DNA of 64,000 nucleotides. It comes from Candidatus Omnitrophota bacterium (GTDB lineage: Bacteria > Omnitrophota > Gorgyraeia > Gygaellales > Profunditerraquicolaceae). Within the stretch, counting starts at the first letter, position 1. Each line of letters opens with the position of its first letter. The position numbers and the translations under genes were made by a program. A model generated the notes under the pieces. The model was not told the DNA's origin, searched no databases, and was given only the letters and a program-made list of their open reading frames with translations. Below, one piece after another: positions 56,190 through 64,000 of this stretch. The stretch lies in contig JAUYBI010000049.1 of NCBI GenBank assembly GCA_030693145.1, forward strand, positions 7,305-71,304. Direction: 5' to 3'.

Positions 56190-56701
56190 ATAAAAAACTT
56201 ATTTTTATTGCAGTGAGTTTTTTATGGATCGCGGTAGCAGTTGGGTTAATCATTTCCAAACAGCACATTATACGGACAGGGAAAACCATACTTTTAGAAA
56301 CTGTTCCTGTGGATCCCCGAGATTTTTTAAGGGGCGATTATGTTATTTTGCGTTATAAAATAAGTACAATTGATTTGCAGCAGATACAAAGTGAAAAATC
56401 TTATTATGGACAAGGCGAGAAGGTTTATGTAAAACTTGAGCCAAAGGAAAGATTTTGGGAAGCCATAGCCGTTAAAACAAAAAAACCTGTTTCCGATAAT
56501 GGGGTATATATAAAAGCAAAAGCTAAATATTGTTACAATAAGAAATTAGAACTTAATTATGGCATTGAGAGTTATTTTGTTCCGGAGGGTGAGGGTAAAG
56601 ATATTGAGAAAAATATGCGGGGGAATAAGAGTTCGGTAGAGGTTGAGATTTTGGTAGATACATCAGGAAATGCTCTAATAAAAAAAGTATTTGCACAATA
56701 A
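56186..56701 (+). CDS. GDYXXLXY domain-containing protein
   Basis: N-terminal TM then LRGDYVILRYKIS (GDYxxLxY) motif; ATGA overlap with upstream gene. Confidence 0.55.
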   Translation: MNKKLIFIAVSFLWIAVAVGLIISKQHIIRTGKTILLETVPVDPRDFLRGDYVILRYKISTIDLQQIQSEKSYYGQGEKVYVKLEPKERFWEAIAVKTKKPVSDNGVYIKAKAKYCYNKKLELNYGIESYFVPEGEGKDIEKNMRGNKSSVEVEILVDTSGNALIKKVFAQ

Positions 56702-56729
56702 ATTTAATCTGTTTATAAAGGTAGAAGAT

Positions 56730-56764
56730 GTGGAATGTCCGCCTCTCAAGGGCGGACATTCCAC
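56730..56764. terminator. 14-bp-stem hairpin downstream of GDYXXLXY gene
   Basis: GTGGAATGTCCGCC-TCTCAAG-GGCGGACATTCCAC. Confidence 0.45.
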
Positions 56765-57028
56765 ATTCAGTTATCTCTCAATCAGTTACGTCATTTCCAG
56801 CCAAAAAATACCGGACAAAACGGACATATTTTCACCTAACTTTATCTCTGATTAGGGCAAATTTCTCGGTATTTGCCCGATTACCTATATAATCAGCTTG
56901 TGAGTATTAAGAGATATAGTTATAAAGTATACAAACATGGGCAACCAATTAACCCGCTAGGGAAACTTAGCGGGTTTTTTGTTGTTTTTATGCCTGATTA
57001 GAGGTATAATAATAATCAGGAGGGCAAA

Positions 57029-57352
57029 ATGAAAAAAATCATTGTGTTATTGTGTTTAGGGCTAATCGGCTGCGCCACGGTAACCAAAGAAAGTAAAACG
57101 CCGCCTCCGATTATAGAAAAACCAAGAGTAGTTAATGAAGCGGAGATAAATAGTATTATTTCTATATTTAGCGAAGCCATAAAAAAGACGCCTAATTTCG
57201 CCGGGGGCTATTATAATCGGGCGGTTGCTTATTTTTATAAAAATAACTATGAACAATGCTGGCAGGATGTCTATATGGCAGAGTCCTTAGGTTGTAGATT
57301 CAGTGCTAATTTTATCGAATCGTTGAAAAAAGCTTCCCGTAGAGAAAAATAA
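57029..57352 (+). CDS. TPR-like lipoprotein
   Basis: Signal peptide + lipobox LIGCAT; TPR-like helix pair (GGYYNRAVAYFYKNNYEQCWQD). Confidence 0.5.
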   Translation: MKKIIVLLCLGLIGCATVTKESKTPPPIIEKPRVVNEAEINSIISIFSEAIKKTPNFAGGYYNRAVAYFYKNNYEQCWQDVYMAESLGCRFSANFIESLKKASRREK

Positions 57353-57395
57353 ATATCCTATCCATTGCTTAGGGTAATTACAGAGGAGGAAAATT

Positions 57396-57545
57396 ATGGC
57401 AGTAGTTAATTATTCATTTCAAAAGAATCTCAAAGAACAGGCAAGAAAAAAGAAACAAGAGGCGAAAAGATTATTGAAATTAAATAAGAAGATGGCCAAG
57501 TTAAATGAAGGCTCAGCACCGGTTATTCCTCAGGATAGGGCTTAA
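57396..57545 (+). CDS. small basic hypothetical protein (49 aa)
   Basis: Strong RBS GGAGGAAAATTATG; MAVVNYSFQKNLKEQARKKKQEAKRLLKLNKKMAKLNEGSAPVIPQDRA; below ORF-track cutoff. Confidence 0.3.
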   Translation: MAVVNYSFQKNLKEQARKKKQEAKRLLKLNKKMAKLNEGSAPVIPQDRA

Positions 57546-57659
57546 GTTTTTACCGCGCTGCCTAATTGCCCGCCAGGAAATTTATAATTTAGCAAAATTT
57601 TTCTCATAACCTTTTAAATGCCCTTGAAACTAAAAGAGCTTAGGTTAATTTAAATTCCG

Positions 57660-60329
57660 ATGGAAAATAATTTATATAATTTTACGGATGATTCAGGCAG
57701 CTTTAAATCTTTCTTTGCGCATAAGATAAAAAGCCTGTATTTACCGCTGTGCAATGAATTACTGATGTCTTCCGTAACCGCGGATTTACATGGAGATATA
57801 AAAAGCGGCCAGAATAGTTTTTTACTTGAGCCGGTCAGCAGAGCCGGTCTTTCTCTTTCCAGGGCTTCCCGGAATTTTTGGGTTTACGTAAATAAAGATA
57901 AGGTTTGGTCCGCCGCAGGAGTTTCTAAAGACTATCAGCAGATGCGTCAGGACGAATTTATCCTGGAAGCCGGGCAGCTTTGGCAGAGGATCAGCCGTAA
58001 AAATGAAAAAGTAGGTTTAAAATCTGAAATCTTATCTTTTATTCCTATGGGGCCGGAGGCATTGGAGGTGATGCAGGTTGAGATCACGAATGTCAGTGAA
58101 AGAAAAATAAGTTTTATTCCTTACGCGGCCATACCTTTGTATGCCCGCAGCGCCGATAATTTACGCGATCATCGCCAGGTGACTTCGCTTTTAACCCGGA
58201 TTAAAGAGGAAAAATATGGAATGAAGATCAAGCCGACATTGCTTTTTGATGAATCCGGGCATCGGCCGAATAATACGGTTTACTATGTGGCTGCCTGTGA
58301 TCAAAAAGGGAGGGGGCCGCAGTATATTTATCCTACGCAGGAAATTTTTTGCGGAGAATCCGGAGATTTAGAATACCCGGAGGCTATTTTTGAAAATAAA
58401 CTTCCTTTGGCCCGGAAAACATTCCTCCAAGGCAAAGAGCCAATGGGGGCAATGCGTTTTGCTAAGATTACCCTGCCGGCGAAAGCCCGGGTAACTTACA
58501 CGATGATTATGGGCATTGCCCAAGAGGATTGTAATTTAAGCCGGCTGATCAGTAAATTTAATCAGCGCGCAAAAGTAAGTACGCATTTTGAAAAAACCAG
58601 CAAGTTCTGGCAGGGCCAATCCCGGTTAATCGAGGTGGACAGCGGCAATAAGCATTTTGATAATTGGCTGCGCTGGGTAAGCATTCAGCCCAGCTTGAGA
58701 AAAATATTCGGCTGTTCATTTTTACCGGATTTTGATTATGGCAAAGGCGGCCGGGGATGGCGTGATCTTTGGCAGGATTGCCTGGGGCTTATTTTAAATA
58801 ACCCGCAGGCAGTGCGGCCGCTTTTAATCAATAATTTTTGCGGGGTAAAAATCGATGGGTCAAATGCCACCATCATCGGCAAAAAATCGGGAGAATTTAT
58901 CGCGGACCGCAATAATATCAGCCGGGTCTGGATGGACCATGGGGTCTGGCCTTTGATTACTCTGGATTTATATATCCAGGAGACTGCTGATTTGGGGATT
59001 TTATTTGCGCCGGCTACTTATTTTAGGAATCATCAAGTAAACCGCGCCGGCGGCATTGATTATCGCTGGAGCCCGGCATATGGGAACCGGCTAAAAACAA
59101 AATCCGGGAAGATTTATTCAGGTACGGTACTGGAGCATTTATTGGTTCAGAATCTGGTGCAGTTTTATAATGTCGGCGCGCATAACCATGTCCGGTTAGA
59201 AGGCGCGGATTGGAATGACGGCCTGGATATGGCCAAGGAACACGGAGAGAGCGTGGCTTTTTCTTCAATGTATGCCCAAAATCTTTCTACTTTAGCGCAA
59301 CTGTTGCTTAAATGCGGCAGAAAAGAACTGGAGGTTGCCGAAGAATTAAAAATTTTACTTACGGATTTTAATTATCAGGATATAGCGCAAAAACATAAGC
59401 TATTGGAGAGGTATTTTTCTAAAACCAAAGAAAATCTTTCAGGCAAAAAAATTCGCCTGGAGGCAGTGGCGTTAAGCCGTATTTTAAGCAAAAAATCTCT
59501 TTGGATGAAAAAATATATTCAGAAGAGCGAGTGGTTGAAAGAAGGGTTCTTTAACGGATATTATGATAATCGTAAGAACAAGGTAGATGGTAAAAAAGGA
59601 AATCTCCTGCGGATGACTTTGGCCTCTCAGGTATTTCCGATTATGAGCGGGGTAGCCAGCCCCGGGCAAATAAAGAAAATTTTAGCCAATGTTTACCGGC
59701 ATTTATATGACACTTCTCTGGGTGGTATTCATTTGAACACGGATTTTAAAGAAGAACAGCATGATTTAGGCCGGGCATTTTCTTTTGTTTACGGAGATAA
59801 AGAAAATGGCGCGGTGTTTAGCCACATGGTGGTGATGTTTGCCTATGCTTTATATAAACAGGGTTATGCTCAAGAAGGGTGGAGGGCTTTAAGTTCGCTA
59901 TATAAGATGGCGGCTAATACCGCCAGAAGCAAGATTTATCCCTGCCTGCCGGAATATTTTGATCTTAGCGGCCGGGGGATGTATACCTATCTTACCGGTT
60001 CCGCCAGCTGGTTTATGCTTACTTTGCTTACGCAATCATTCGGGGTTAGAGGGCAAAACGGGGATTTGCTGATTGCACCCAAATTTTCCGGTGAACAATT
60101 TCAATCGGTAAACAAATTAAGTATTACGCGTGTTTTTGCCGCCAGGCGCCTAAAAATAATTTTCTTAAATCCTAAACGCCTGGAGGAAGGCAAATACCGT
60201 ATCCAACGCTTCAGGCTCAACGCAGAGCGGTTTCCGATTCAAGAAACCGCCCGGATAGTTGTGCCCAGAGAAGTTATCACCAGCCTGCCAAAAGATAAGC
60301 TGAATATAATTGAAGTACATTTAGGATAA
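57660..60329 (+). CDS. (alpha/alpha)6-barrel glycoside hydrolase/phosphorylase, GH94-like
   Basis: 889 aa; GGRGWRDLWQD and GADWNDGLDM motifs resembling the catalytic region of cellobiose/chitobiose phosphorylase-type enzymes. Confidence 0.45.
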   Translation: MENNLYNFTDDSGSFKSFFAHKIKSLYLPLCNELLMSSVTADLHGDIKSGQNSFLLEPVSRAGLSLSRASRNFWVYVNKDKVWSAAGVSKDYQQMRQDEFILEAGQLWQRISRKNEKVGLKSEILSFIPMGPEALEVMQVEITNVSERKISFIPYAAIPLYARSADNLRDHRQVTSLLTRIKEEKYGMKIKPTLLFDESGHRPNNTVYYVAACDQKGRGPQYIYPTQEIFCGESGDLEYPEAIFENKLPLARKTFLQGKEPMGAMRFAKITLPAKARVTYTMIMGIAQEDCNLSRLISKFNQRAKVSTHFEKTSKFWQGQSRLIEVDSGNKHFDNWLRWVSIQPSLRKIFGCSFLPDFDYGKGGRGWRDLWQDCLGLILNNPQAVRPLLINNFCGVKIDGSNATIIGKKSGEFIADRNNISRVWMDHGVWPLITLDLYIQETADLGILFAPATYFRNHQVNRAGGIDYRWSPAYGNRLKTKSGKIYSGTVLEHLLVQNLVQFYNVGAHNHVRLEGADWNDGLDMAKEHGESVAFSSMYAQNLSTLAQLLLKCGRKELEVAEELKILLTDFNYQDIAQKHKLLERYFSKTKENLSGKKIRLEAVALSRILSKKSLWMKKYIQKSEWLKEGFFNGYYDNRKNKVDGKKGNLLRMTLASQVFPIMSGVASPGQIKKILANVYRHLYDTSLGGIHLNTDFKEEQHDLGRAFSFVYGDKENGAVFSHMVVMFAYALYKQGYAQEGWRALSSLYKMAANTARSKIYPCLPEYFDLSGRGMYTYLTGSASWFMLTLLTQSFGVRGQNGDLLIAPKFSGEQFQSVNKLSITRVFAARRLKIIFLNPKRLEEGKYRIQRFRLNAERFPIQETARIVVPREVITSLPKDKLNIIEVHLG

Positions 60330-60401
60330 TTTTTGCTTTACAATCTAGGTTAATCTGGGTATAATAAATTCTCCGAACTTTTTATTTAAAAAGGGAAAAT
60401 A

Positions 60402-61286
60402 ATGAAAGAAAAAATCTTAAAACTAGGGCTTCCTAAAGGCAGCCTCCAGGAAGCTACCTTCAGGATGCTTAAAAAAGCCGGATTTAATGTAAATCTCTCT
60501 AGCCCGCGTTCTTATTTTCCGTCAATAGATGACAGCCAGATTCAGCCGGTTCTCTTGCGGGCACAGGAGATGTCACGCTATGTTCAGGATGGGGCATTGG
60601 ATTGCGGGATTACCGGCAATGATTGGATCCTGGAGAATAAATCTGATGTCGTGAGGGTCACGGATTTAACTTATGCCAAGCAAAGTTTAAATAAGGTCCG
60701 CTGGGTTTTAGCGGTACCGGCGGATTCCGGAATAAAAAAAGTTAAAGACTTAAACGGCAAGCGCATTGCCACCGAATTAGTCAATGTAACTAAAGAGTAT
60801 TTCCAAAAGCATAAGGTTAAGGTGGAGGTAGAGTTCAGCTGGGGGGCAACCGAGGTTAAGGTTTCCGGAGGCCTGGTGGATGCGATTGTTGAGCTGACCG
60901 AAACCGGCAGCTCTTTGCGGGCGAATAAATTAGTTGAAATTGCTACTCTTTGCGAGTCTACCACTCAATTTATCGCCAACATTGGCGCTTATAAGGATAG
61001 CTGGAAGAAAGCGAAGATGGAGCAGATTGCCCTCCTTTTAAAAGGAGCGATTGCCGCGGAAGATAAAGTCGGGCTAAAGATGAATGTGAAAAAAGAAAAT
61101 CTTAAAAAAGTTATAGCGAAGTTACCGGCTTTAAAAAAACCCACAATTTCCGGTTTAAGTGATGACGGCTGGTTTGCTATTGAGACGATTATAGACGAGA
61201 AAATTGTCCGAATACTTATCCCTGAATTAAAGGCTGCGGGAGCCCAAGGGATTATTGAATATCCGTTAAATAAGGTTATTTATTAA
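60402..61286 (+). CDS. hisG: ATP phosphoribosyltransferase (long form with regulatory domain)
   Basis: [23 protein letters not shown]-terminus, 294 aa. Confidence 0.8.
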   Translation: MKEKILKLGLPKGSLQEATFRMLKKAGFNVNLSSPRSYFPSIDDSQIQPVLLRAQEMSRYVQDGALDCGITGNDWILENKSDVVRVTDLTYAKQSLNKVRWVLAVPADSGIKKVKDLNGKRIATELVNVTKEYFQKHKVKVEVEFSWGATEVKVSGGLVDAIVELTETGSSLRANKLVEIATLCESTTQFIANIGAYKDSWKKAKMEQIALLLKGAIAAEDKVGLKMNVKKENLKKVIAKLPALKKPTISGLSDDGWFAIETIIDEKIVRILIPELKAAGAQGIIEYPLNKVIY

Positions 61287-61304
61287 TTAAGGAAAGAGGT
61301 AGTT

Positions 61305-61415
61305 ATGCCTTGTGGAAAGAAAAGAAAAAGACAAAAGATCAAAACCCATAAGCGTAAGAAATTACGCCGTCGTCTGCGCCACTTGAAGAAAAGAGCTTGG
61401 GGTGGTAAAGGTTAA
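61305..61415 (+). CDS. bS22-like tiny arginine/lysine-rich protein (36 aa)
   Basis: MPCGKKRKRQKIKTHKRKKLRRRLRHLKKRAWGGKG, RBS GGAAAGAGG; pattern resembles ribosomal protein bS22 (KKRRKRMxKKKHRKLLxRTR). Confidence 0.4.
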   Translation: MPCGKKRKRQKIKTHKRKKLRRRLRHLKKRAWGGKG

Positions 61416-61436
61416 ATCTTGTTTTCTCTTAGAAGG

Positions 61437-62420
61437 ATGCTTTTGAAGTTTAAATATCTTAACAGTGTAATCTGCTTTTGCCTTACATTGGCCTCAAGCG
61501 TTTTATCCGCGCAGGCTCAAGATACGCATAAAGAAGATTCCAGAAGTTTAAGCCACTATATTTCAGGAGTTTATTGCGAAGGCCTCGGGGATTTAGAAGG
61601 GGCTATCCAGGAATATCGCAAGGCGTTAGAAACTGACCCTGGGAGTTCTTTGCTGCATTTGAATTTGGCATCAGTTTTCATCCAAAAAGATAATCCGGCT
61701 CAAGCGGAAGAAGAATTAAAGCAGTCTATTCGCCTTGCTCCGGAAGCTGTGCAGCCGCACGCGTTATTGGCTTTAGTCTACGCCTCCCAGAATAAAGCGG
61801 ATCTGGCGGCCGCCGAATATATTCTGGCACTGGAAAATGCCACCAAGTCCGAGCCGAAGAATATTGATATTTATAAGGGTTTAGGCGCGATTTATCTGCA
61901 GCAGAAGAAATTAAAACAAGCCGAGAGTATTTTTAAACTGATTCTAAATTTGGATCCGGCAGATCCCCAGGCGCGTTTTTATCTGGGTAATATTTATTAT
62001 AATTTAGAAGATTATCCTTCTGTAGAGAAAGAGCTAAAGACCGCGGTAAAATTAAAACCGGATTATCATGAAGCCCTGAATTTCTTAGGGTATTTTTATC
62101 TGGAACAGGATAAGAATATTGATCAGGCGGGCTTAATGATTAAGCAGGCTTTAGTTTTTGAGCCGGAAAACGGCGCTTACCTGGATAGCTTAGGCTGGTT
62201 TTATTACAAAAAGGGAAAGTTCAAGGAAGCAGTGACGCATTTAGAAAGAGCAGCATCTTTTCTAAGTGACCCGGTGATTTATGATCACCTGGGAGATGTT
62301 TTTTTGAAATTAGGTAATGCCGGCAGCGCAAAATTGAATTGGGAGAAATCCCTGAAATTAGATTCTCAAAGCGCTAAGGTAAAAGCAAAACTGCTCAAGC
62401 TTACTAATCATGGCAAATAA
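61437..62420 (+). CDS. tetratricopeptide repeat protein (secreted)
   Basis: Signal peptide ending SAQA, then >=7 TPR units (e.g. AIQEYRKALETDP, ALNFLGYFYLEQ). Confidence 0.7.
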   Translation: MLLKFKYLNSVICFCLTLASSVLSAQAQDTHKEDSRSLSHYISGVYCEGLGDLEGAIQEYRKALETDPGSSLLHLNLASVFIQKDNPAQAEEELKQSIRLAPEAVQPHALLALVYASQNKADLAAAEYILALENATKSEPKNIDIYKGLGAIYLQQKKLKQAESIFKLILNLDPADPQARFYLGNIYYNLEDYPSVEKELKTAVKLKPDYHEALNFLGYFYLEQDKNIDQAGLMIKQALVFEPENGAYLDSLGWFYYKKGKFKEAVTHLERAASFLSDPVIYDHLGDVFLKLGNAGSAKLNWEKSLKLDSQSAKVKAKLLKLTNHGK

Positions 62421-63231
62421 GCAATTAACCATTGAAGAATTAGTTGTTCAGGCCCGCCAAATCCGGCGTTTAATAATTCAGATGATCGCGCAGGCTGGTT
62501 CAGGGCACCCCGGAGGAAGCCTTTCTGCCGCAGATTTAATTACCGCGTTATATTTCAATGTTTTACGCTTTAATCCCGGCGTTCCCCAGTGGCCGGATAG
62601 AGATCGATTTCATATGTCGAAAGGCCACTGTTGTCCGCTTTGGTATGCGGTATTAGCTCAGGCCGGTTATTTCCCGCAAGAAAAATTATTCACCTTGCGG
62701 CAATTTGGTTCAATCCTGCAAGGGCATCCGGATCGTAAAACCCCGGGTGTAGAATCTGCTTCCGGTTCACTTGGCCAGGGGCTTTCCATTGCTTTAGGGA
62801 TGAGCCTGGCGGCAAAAGTAGATAAAAAAGATTATCGGGTTTATGTTTTATTAGGCGACGGAGAAGTGCAGGAGGGTAATGTTTGGGAGGCGGCGATGGC
62901 CTGCGGACATTTTGCCTGCGGTAATCTCTGCGCGATTTTGGATTTTAATGGTTGTCAGATTGACGGAAGATGCCAGGATATTATGGGAATAGAGCCTTTA
63001 GCTGCCAAATGGCAGGCATTTGGCTGGCATGTCATTGAGATTAACGGGCATGATATGCAGCAGATTCTAGCGGCGTATGCACAAGCTAAAACAATTAAAA
63101 ATAAGCCGACCATGATTATCGCCCGGACCGTAAAAGGCAAGGGAGTTTCTTTTATGGAGGGAGTAGTGGGTTTTCATGGCCGGGCTCCTACTCCGGAAGA
63201 AGCCCAGAGGGCTTTAAAGGAATTAGCATAA
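62410..63231 (+). CDS. transketolase, N-terminal (TPP-binding) subunit
   Basis: GHPGGSLS and LLGDGEVQEGNVWEA TPP-binding motifs, 273 aa split-gene form. Confidence 0.85.
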   Translation: MANKQLTIEELVVQARQIRRLIIQMIAQAGSGHPGGSLSAADLITALYFNVLRFNPGVPQWPDRDRFHMSKGHCCPLWYAVLAQAGYFPQEKLFTLRQFGSILQGHPDRKTPGVESASGSLGQGLSIALGMSLAAKVDKKDYRVYVLLGDGEVQEGNVWEAAMACGHFACGNLCAILDFNGCQIDGRCQDIMGIEPLAAKWQAFGWHVIEINGHDMQQILAAYAQAKTIKNKPTMIIARTVKGKGVSFMEGVVGFHGRAPTPEEAQRALKELA

Positions 63232-64000
63232 TGGCAGAGCAAATCTATCAAAGAGATGTTTACGGAAAGACATTAGTAAAGCTGGGGTCACTGGATAAAA
63301 ATATTGTGGTTCTGGATGCGGATCTTTCCAGTTCTACCCGCACTAATCTTTTTGCCCAGCAATTTCCGGATAGATTTTTTAATTTTGGAGTTGCCGAGCA
63401 AAACATGATGGCCGCGGCAGCGGGTTTGGCTTCCTGCGGCAAGACAGTATTTCTTTCCACTTTTGCCGTATTTGCCGCCGGCCGCGCCTGGGATCAGGTG
63501 CGGGTCTCTATAAGTTATAATAATTTTAATGTTAAAATCGTCGCTACGCATGCCGGCATTACCGTCGGACCGGATGGAGCCAGCCATCAGGCTTTGGAGG
63601 ATATCGCGCTGATGCGCGTACTGGCGAATATGAATATTATTGTTCCTGCCGACGGCCCGCAGACAGAGGATGCGGTAATGGCGGCTGCGAATAATCCCGG
63701 GCCTTTTTATATCCGCTTAGGTAGATGCAAAGTTCCGACTATTGAGAATAAAGGCGAGTTTAAATTTGGCCAAGGGCAATTGATCTCTGAAGGGCCGGAT
63801 GCGACGATTGTTGCTTGCGGGATAATGGTCACCCAGGCGCTTTTAGCGGTAAAAAATTTGGCGGCCAAAGGTATTCAGGCGCGCTTGATTAACCTGCATA
63901 CTATCTGGCCCCTGGATAATGCCATTATCCTTAAGGCGGCAAAAGAAACCAAATTGATTATTGTTTGTGAAGAGCATAATATTATCGGCGGTTTGGCTTC
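63231..64000 (+). CDS. transketolase, C-terminal subunit (3'-truncated at window edge)
   Basis: ATG overlaps upstream stop (TAATG); open to window end; pyrimidine-binding domain motifs FNFGVAEQNMM, EDIALMR. Confidence 0.8.
   Translation, partial: MAEQIYQRDVYGKTLVKLGSLDKNIVVLDADLSSSTRTNLFAQQFPDRFFNFGVAEQNMMAAAAGLASCGKTVFLSTFAVFAAGRAWDQVRVSISYNNFNVKIVATHAGITVGPDGASHQALEDIALMRVLANMNIIVPADGPQTEDAVMAAANNPGPFYIRLGRCKVPTIENKGEFKFGQGQLISEGPDATIVACGIMVTQALLAVKNLAAKGIQARLINLHTIWPLDNAIILKAAKETKLIIVCEEHNIIGGLA

Noticed and set aside
1-64000. CRISPR array / cas genes
   Set aside because: No regularly spaced short direct repeats were found. The only tandem repeat (21240-21361) has two 61-bp units with no spacers, and no cas-like ORFs are present.

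Overview
This is a low-GC bacterial chromosomal segment, apparently from an anaerobe given the Rnf complex. It has four parts, plus several families of small repeats.

(1) A housekeeping block: the 3' end of trxB, then nfu, a LarE-like PP-loop ATPase, nifS and birA. A complete biotin operon follows (bioB-bioF-bioH-bioC-bioD-bioA). A YhcG/DUF1016 cassette sits between birA and bioB. After the biotin operon come cspA, mnmA, nadA, rluA, a PAP2 phosphatase, a PfkB kinase, yqeY, an MFS transporter, a GH1 beta-glucosidase and a cNMP-binding/patatin protein. Next are a MazG-like protein and an SNF transporter.

(2) A genomic island of about 14 kb at tRNA-Phe (roughly 24.6 to 38.6 kb), bounded by an imperfect direct repeat of the tRNA 3' end. 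It carries an HTH protein and a Fic protein. It also carries a type I RM operon (hsdM-hsdS-hsdR) with two membrane-protein genes embedded between the subunits. The HsdR has a C-terminal LexA-like S24 peptidase domain. The island ends with a DUF262 + HEPN gene pair, an XRE repressor, an excisionase and a tyrosine integrase. A second cspA and tRNA-Thr lie just outside it.

(3) An MFS transporter, the rnfCGDEAB operon, purN, a lipoprotein and ftsH (both reverse strand), eno and ftsB.

(4) An initiator tRNA-fMet whose anticodon loop is interrupted by a 636-bp group I intron. The intron encodes a PD-(D/E)XK homing endonuclease of the I-Ssp6803I type. Downstream are an AT-rich ORF-less gap, then plsY, a GNAT acyltransferase, a class V aminotransferase, a histidine phosphatase and a DUF2157-like/GDYXXLXY membrane pair. 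The window ends with a GH94-like phosphorylase, hisG, a bS22-like mini-ORF, a TPR protein and a split transketolase.

Repeat families. A dispersed intergenic element begins with the upstream gene's stop codon (TGACCCATTCGAC...) and ends with a ribosome-binding site and start codon (...GAGTCGAAGNATGA). It has been absorbed into the rnfG reading frame at one site. Hairpin palindromes of the form GGGACCGTTTCTATTTTT...AAAAATAGAAACGGTCCC flank the YhcG cassette and follow cspA. A separate hairpin family with a GGTTTAAACC core occurs at three sites. A 2 x 61-bp GC-rich tandem repeat follows the patatin gene. Putative operators include a TGTGTGT repeat cluster upstream of hsdM and TGTAATTACA palindromes in the integrase module. 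No CRISPR array or rRNA is present.
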